A DNA stretch of 64,000 nt from Squalus acanthias. Taxonomy: Eukaryota. Position 1 is the first letter of the stretch; every line of letters starts with the position of its first letter. This document shows, in pieces, positions 60,617 to 64,000 of this stretch. Location: NCBI GenBank assembly GCA_030390025.1, contig CM059432.1:138448001-138512000 (forward strand), in the 5' to 3' direction. The notes beneath the pieces were generated by a model that was given only the letters and a program-made list of their open reading frames with translations, made no database searches and was not told the origin of the DNA. Made by a program: the position numbers and the translations under genes.

Positions 60617-62295
60617 CATTCTCATCCTCGTTTTCAAATCCCTCCACAGCCTCGCCCCCCGCCCCCCACCACCTATCTCTGTAACCTCCTCCAGCCCTAC
60701 CACCCTCTGAGATATCTGCGGTCATCCAATTCTGGCCTCTTGCGCATCCCCGATTTCCTTCACCCCCACCACTGGCGGCAGTGCCTTCAGCTGCCAAAAC
60801 TCTAAGCTCTGGAATTCCCTCCCTAAACCTCTCTGGTGTCAGCTGTGGCTCAGTTGGTAGCACACTCAGCCTCTGAGTCAGAAGGTTATCCACTTTGGTG
60901 GCAAAAACAGAAGGCAGATTATTATCTGAACGGCAATAGATTGGGAGAAGGGGAAGTGCAACGAGACCTGGGTGTCCTTGTGCACCAATCGCCGAAGGTA
61001 AGCATGCAGGTGCAGCAGGCGGTTAAGAAGGCAAATGGTCTGTTGGCCTTCGTAGCGAGAGGATTCGAGTACAGGAGCAAGGATGTCTTGCTGCAGTTGT
61101 ACAGGGCCTTGGTGAGACCACACCTTGAGTATTGTGTGCAGTTTTGGTCGCCTTATCTGAGGAAGGATGTTCTTGCCATGGAGGGAGTGCAGCGAAGATT
61201 CACCAGACTGATACCTGGGATGGCAGGAATGACGTACGAGGAGAGATTGGGTCGATTGGGCTTATACTCGCTGGAGTTTAGAAGAATGAGAGGGGATCTC
61301 ATTGAAACTTATAAAATTCTAACAGGGCTAGACAGACTGGATGCAGGAAGGATGTTCCCGATGGCGGGTGAGTCCAGAACAAGAGGTCACAGTCTAAAGA
61401 TAAGGGGTAAGCCATTTAGGACAGAGATGAGGAGGAATTTCTTCACCCAGAGAGTGGTGAACCTGTGGAATTCTCTACCACAGAAGGCAGTTGAGGCCAA
61501 GTCAGTAAATATATTCAAGAAGGAGTTAGATATATTTCTTAAGGCTAAAGGTATCAAGCGATATGGGGAGAAGGCAGGGACGGGGTACTGAGTTTGGATG
61601 ATCAGCCATGATCTCATCGAATGGTGGAGCAGGCTCGAGGGGCCGAATGGCCTACTCCTGCTCCTATCTTCTATGTTTCTATGTTTCTATGTTTCAAGTC
61701 CCACTCCAGGGACTTGCGCACATAAATCCACGCTGACACTCCAGTGCAGTGCTGAGGGAGCGCTGCACTGTCGGAGGAGCCGTCTTTCAGATGAGACGTT
61801 TAACCGAGGCCCCGTCTGCTCTCTCAGGTGGACGTAAAAGATCCCATGGCACTATTTCGAAGAAGAGCAGGGGAGTTATCCCCGGTGTCCTGGGGCTAAT
61901 GTTTCTCCCTCAACCAACATAACAAAAACAGATTATCTGGCCATTTTCACATTGCTGTTTGTGGGAGCTTGCTGTGCGCAAATTGGCTGCCGCGTTTCCC
62001 ACATTACAACAGTGACTCCACTTCAAAAGTACTTCATTGGCTGTAAAGCACTTTGAGATGTCTGGTGGTCGTGAAAGGCGCTATATAAATGCAAGTCTGT
62101 CTTTCTTTTCTTTTTCTACCTCTCTCTTATCCTTTGAGACGTTCCTTAAAACCTACCTCTTTGAACATGCTTTTGGTCACCTGTCCTAATATTTCCTCCT
62201 GTGGCTCAGTGTCAAATGTTTTCTGATAACGTTCCTGTGAAGAGCCCTGGGGCATTTCATTACTAAAAGGCGCTATATAAATGTAGGTGGCTGTT
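60617..62295 (+). mobile_element. L2 3' end (60617-60834, 62115-62295) split by a SacSINE1-like element (60835-62105)
   Basis: L2 sequence resumes at tctacctctctc after the SINE tail. Confidence 0.8.
60889..61693 (+). mobile_element. Young 5'-truncated CR1 LINE inserted in the SINE head
   Basis: Uninterrupted ORF2 C-terminus (QRDLGVLVH...RPHLEYCVQFWSP...WNSLP), (TCTATGTT)n tail. Confidence 0.93.
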
Positions 62296-62614
62296 GTATA
62301 CAATATTCTTAGGAGGAATATTTTCATTGTACCTGTTCTAAGTTCCCCATCTCTCCCTTTTGCCACGTAAGGAAATGTACCATCTCAAGACAGCAAGGAA
62401 AAGATGAGTTAGAAGCATGCAGCAGAACATTCCGATTACCTCATGCACCATACAAAAATGTTTGACAATGGTGCTCATATTATTGCCTGGGGGTTACTTG
62501 CGACACACATCTTCCCTCCACCCTTTAGCAAGTGTGCTGCCCCATGCAACTCGTGGCCTCATCACTGCCGAAGCTGGGAATGAAGAGGAGAACGGAGGGT
62601 GGGTTTGGGCTTTA

Positions 62615-63507
62615 GGGGGAGAAATTCAGTATCGCCCCATTTGGGGCGCAATTATCGGCCGGGCGCAAAGATTAGTGCCTGGCGCTAATTATCGCCACCG
62701 ACTGCAAACTTGACTTTTATCGCCCCTGGAGGTGATTGGAGCGCTAAATCAGGCGCTTCACACCTGTCTTAAGGCGCAAAGGCCGAGGAGCGAGGCGCTA
62801 CCTCAGAGCGCTGGCGAAGCTCATGTGATGTCAGTCAGCAATGGAACACAGACACAATGGTGCCAGCCAGTTCTTAAAGGGGATGGTTGATCTTGCTTTC
62901 CATCCACATCCTGCTCATTGCAGCCTTGAATCTCGGCCTGGAGAGACCTGCACATCAAATCTGCTGGAAAGAACAATGGAGAGTACCAGGGAAAGAGCTC
63001 AGAGTGCAGCCCCCACAGTCTCTTCTAAATCGATACAAGGAATGGCAAATCAAAATGAACCTGCAAAGTGCTGCTCAGTACCCAAAACTCCTTCACACAG
63101 CGTTGAATCTCTCCAGAAGTCTCTCTCCCTCTCTCTCAGAATGCGTGGTTCAAAAATGGCACCAACAATAAAAGGCAGGAAGCGGTCGCCTTTAAATAGC
63201 GCTCCCCCAGTCCCTTCATGACTGCAAAACGCTCCCCTCAACCTGTCGTTGCTAGCGTCAGGCGGTAAGGCAGGGGGCGCCACTCAATATCCGCTCCGGG
63301 GCGATACCGGGGCGTTGCGCACTCGACTGACGTCACGATCTGCTGGCGCAGGAGATCATGGCGGTAGTGTTTAGCGCCGCCGCAAAATGTCTAGTTAATT
63401 TCGTGAGCGACGCAAACATCGCCGCGCCTGGGCGCTAGATGATTTGCGCCCCATTAGCGCCCTCTTAAGGCGTTAACGGGAGGCGCAACCAACTGAATTT
63501 TTCCCCC
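62615..63507. mobile_element. PIF/Harbinger-like non-autonomous element
   Basis: TIR GGGGGAGAAATTCAGT / ACTGAATTTTTCCCCC, TTA TSD on both sides, many subterminal (TA)GCGCC motifs. Confidence 0.82.
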
Positions 63508-64000
63508 TTAGTCTTTACAAAATGTCACCGAGTAACCATGACACTTGAGCTTTGTGACATGTTCCCACTCTATGTATGCAGTGTACCAAATGCTCCACTG
63601 TTTTCTGAAAATCTTTTACTTTCAGCATTCAGAAGATATTAAAACGCAACAGATTTAACCTGTAATTTCGAACTACCAATGTCATAAATTCATTGTTCTT
63701 TAATTATAAACTGTCTGCTCATCCTTGAGGAGATGCCAACCAACCTTTTAGAAACAAGGCAGGTAACGTTGCATTTTTAAAACATATATATAAATTCACA
63801 CACTATATCTGGTAAAGACATAATAGTCAGGTATAGAATACGCAGCACAGTACAGTATAAGCACTTATAAATCCAAAATCAACTCAGGCTACCATATTCC
63901 TCTGCCTGACCAGACACTAATTTACATAATAACTAAATGGACAGCATGTTCCGATCAAACAATTTAACTCTAGAACAACAACTTACACTTATATAGCACT

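Noticed and set aside
14064..64000. TSHZ exon 1 (MPRRKQQAP...)
   Set aside because: No matching sequence found by eye or in the ORF track; presumed beyond the window end

Overview
Vertebrate genomic DNA. The repeat complement (HE1 V-SINEs, SacSINE1-type Deu-SINEs, shark-type CR1/L2 LINEs) points to a cartilaginous fish. The only host coding sequence is the large coding exon of a teashirt zinc-finger/homeobox gene on the minus strand (acceptor at 14063, stop at 10945). It is most similar overall to TSHZ1 but carries several TSHZ2-type residues. The short first coding exon (MPRRKQQAP...) was not found, so about 14.1-64 kb is read as intron 1 and 1-10.9 kb as 3' UTR/downstream. The rest is dense with non-LTR retroelements, PIF/Harbinger-, hAT- and Tc1/pogo-like non-autonomous DNA transposons (often nested, with readable TSDs), tandem arrays and repeat-poor blocks that look like enhancers. 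Highlights: (1) minimal hammerhead-ribozyme motifs in Penelope-derived elements, one intact on the gene's sense strand about 1.2 kb before the exon acceptor, and two in long fold-back palindromes; (2) a splice donor 7 nt after the stop codon, with a downstream AG/GT site shaped like a recursive splice point; (3) HE1 SINEs with a swapped CR1 tail; (4) Hox-Pbx/Meis and DR1 motif clusters. Repeat boundaries are approximate unless TSDs are given. Family names and paralogue comparisons come from recall, not from database searches.
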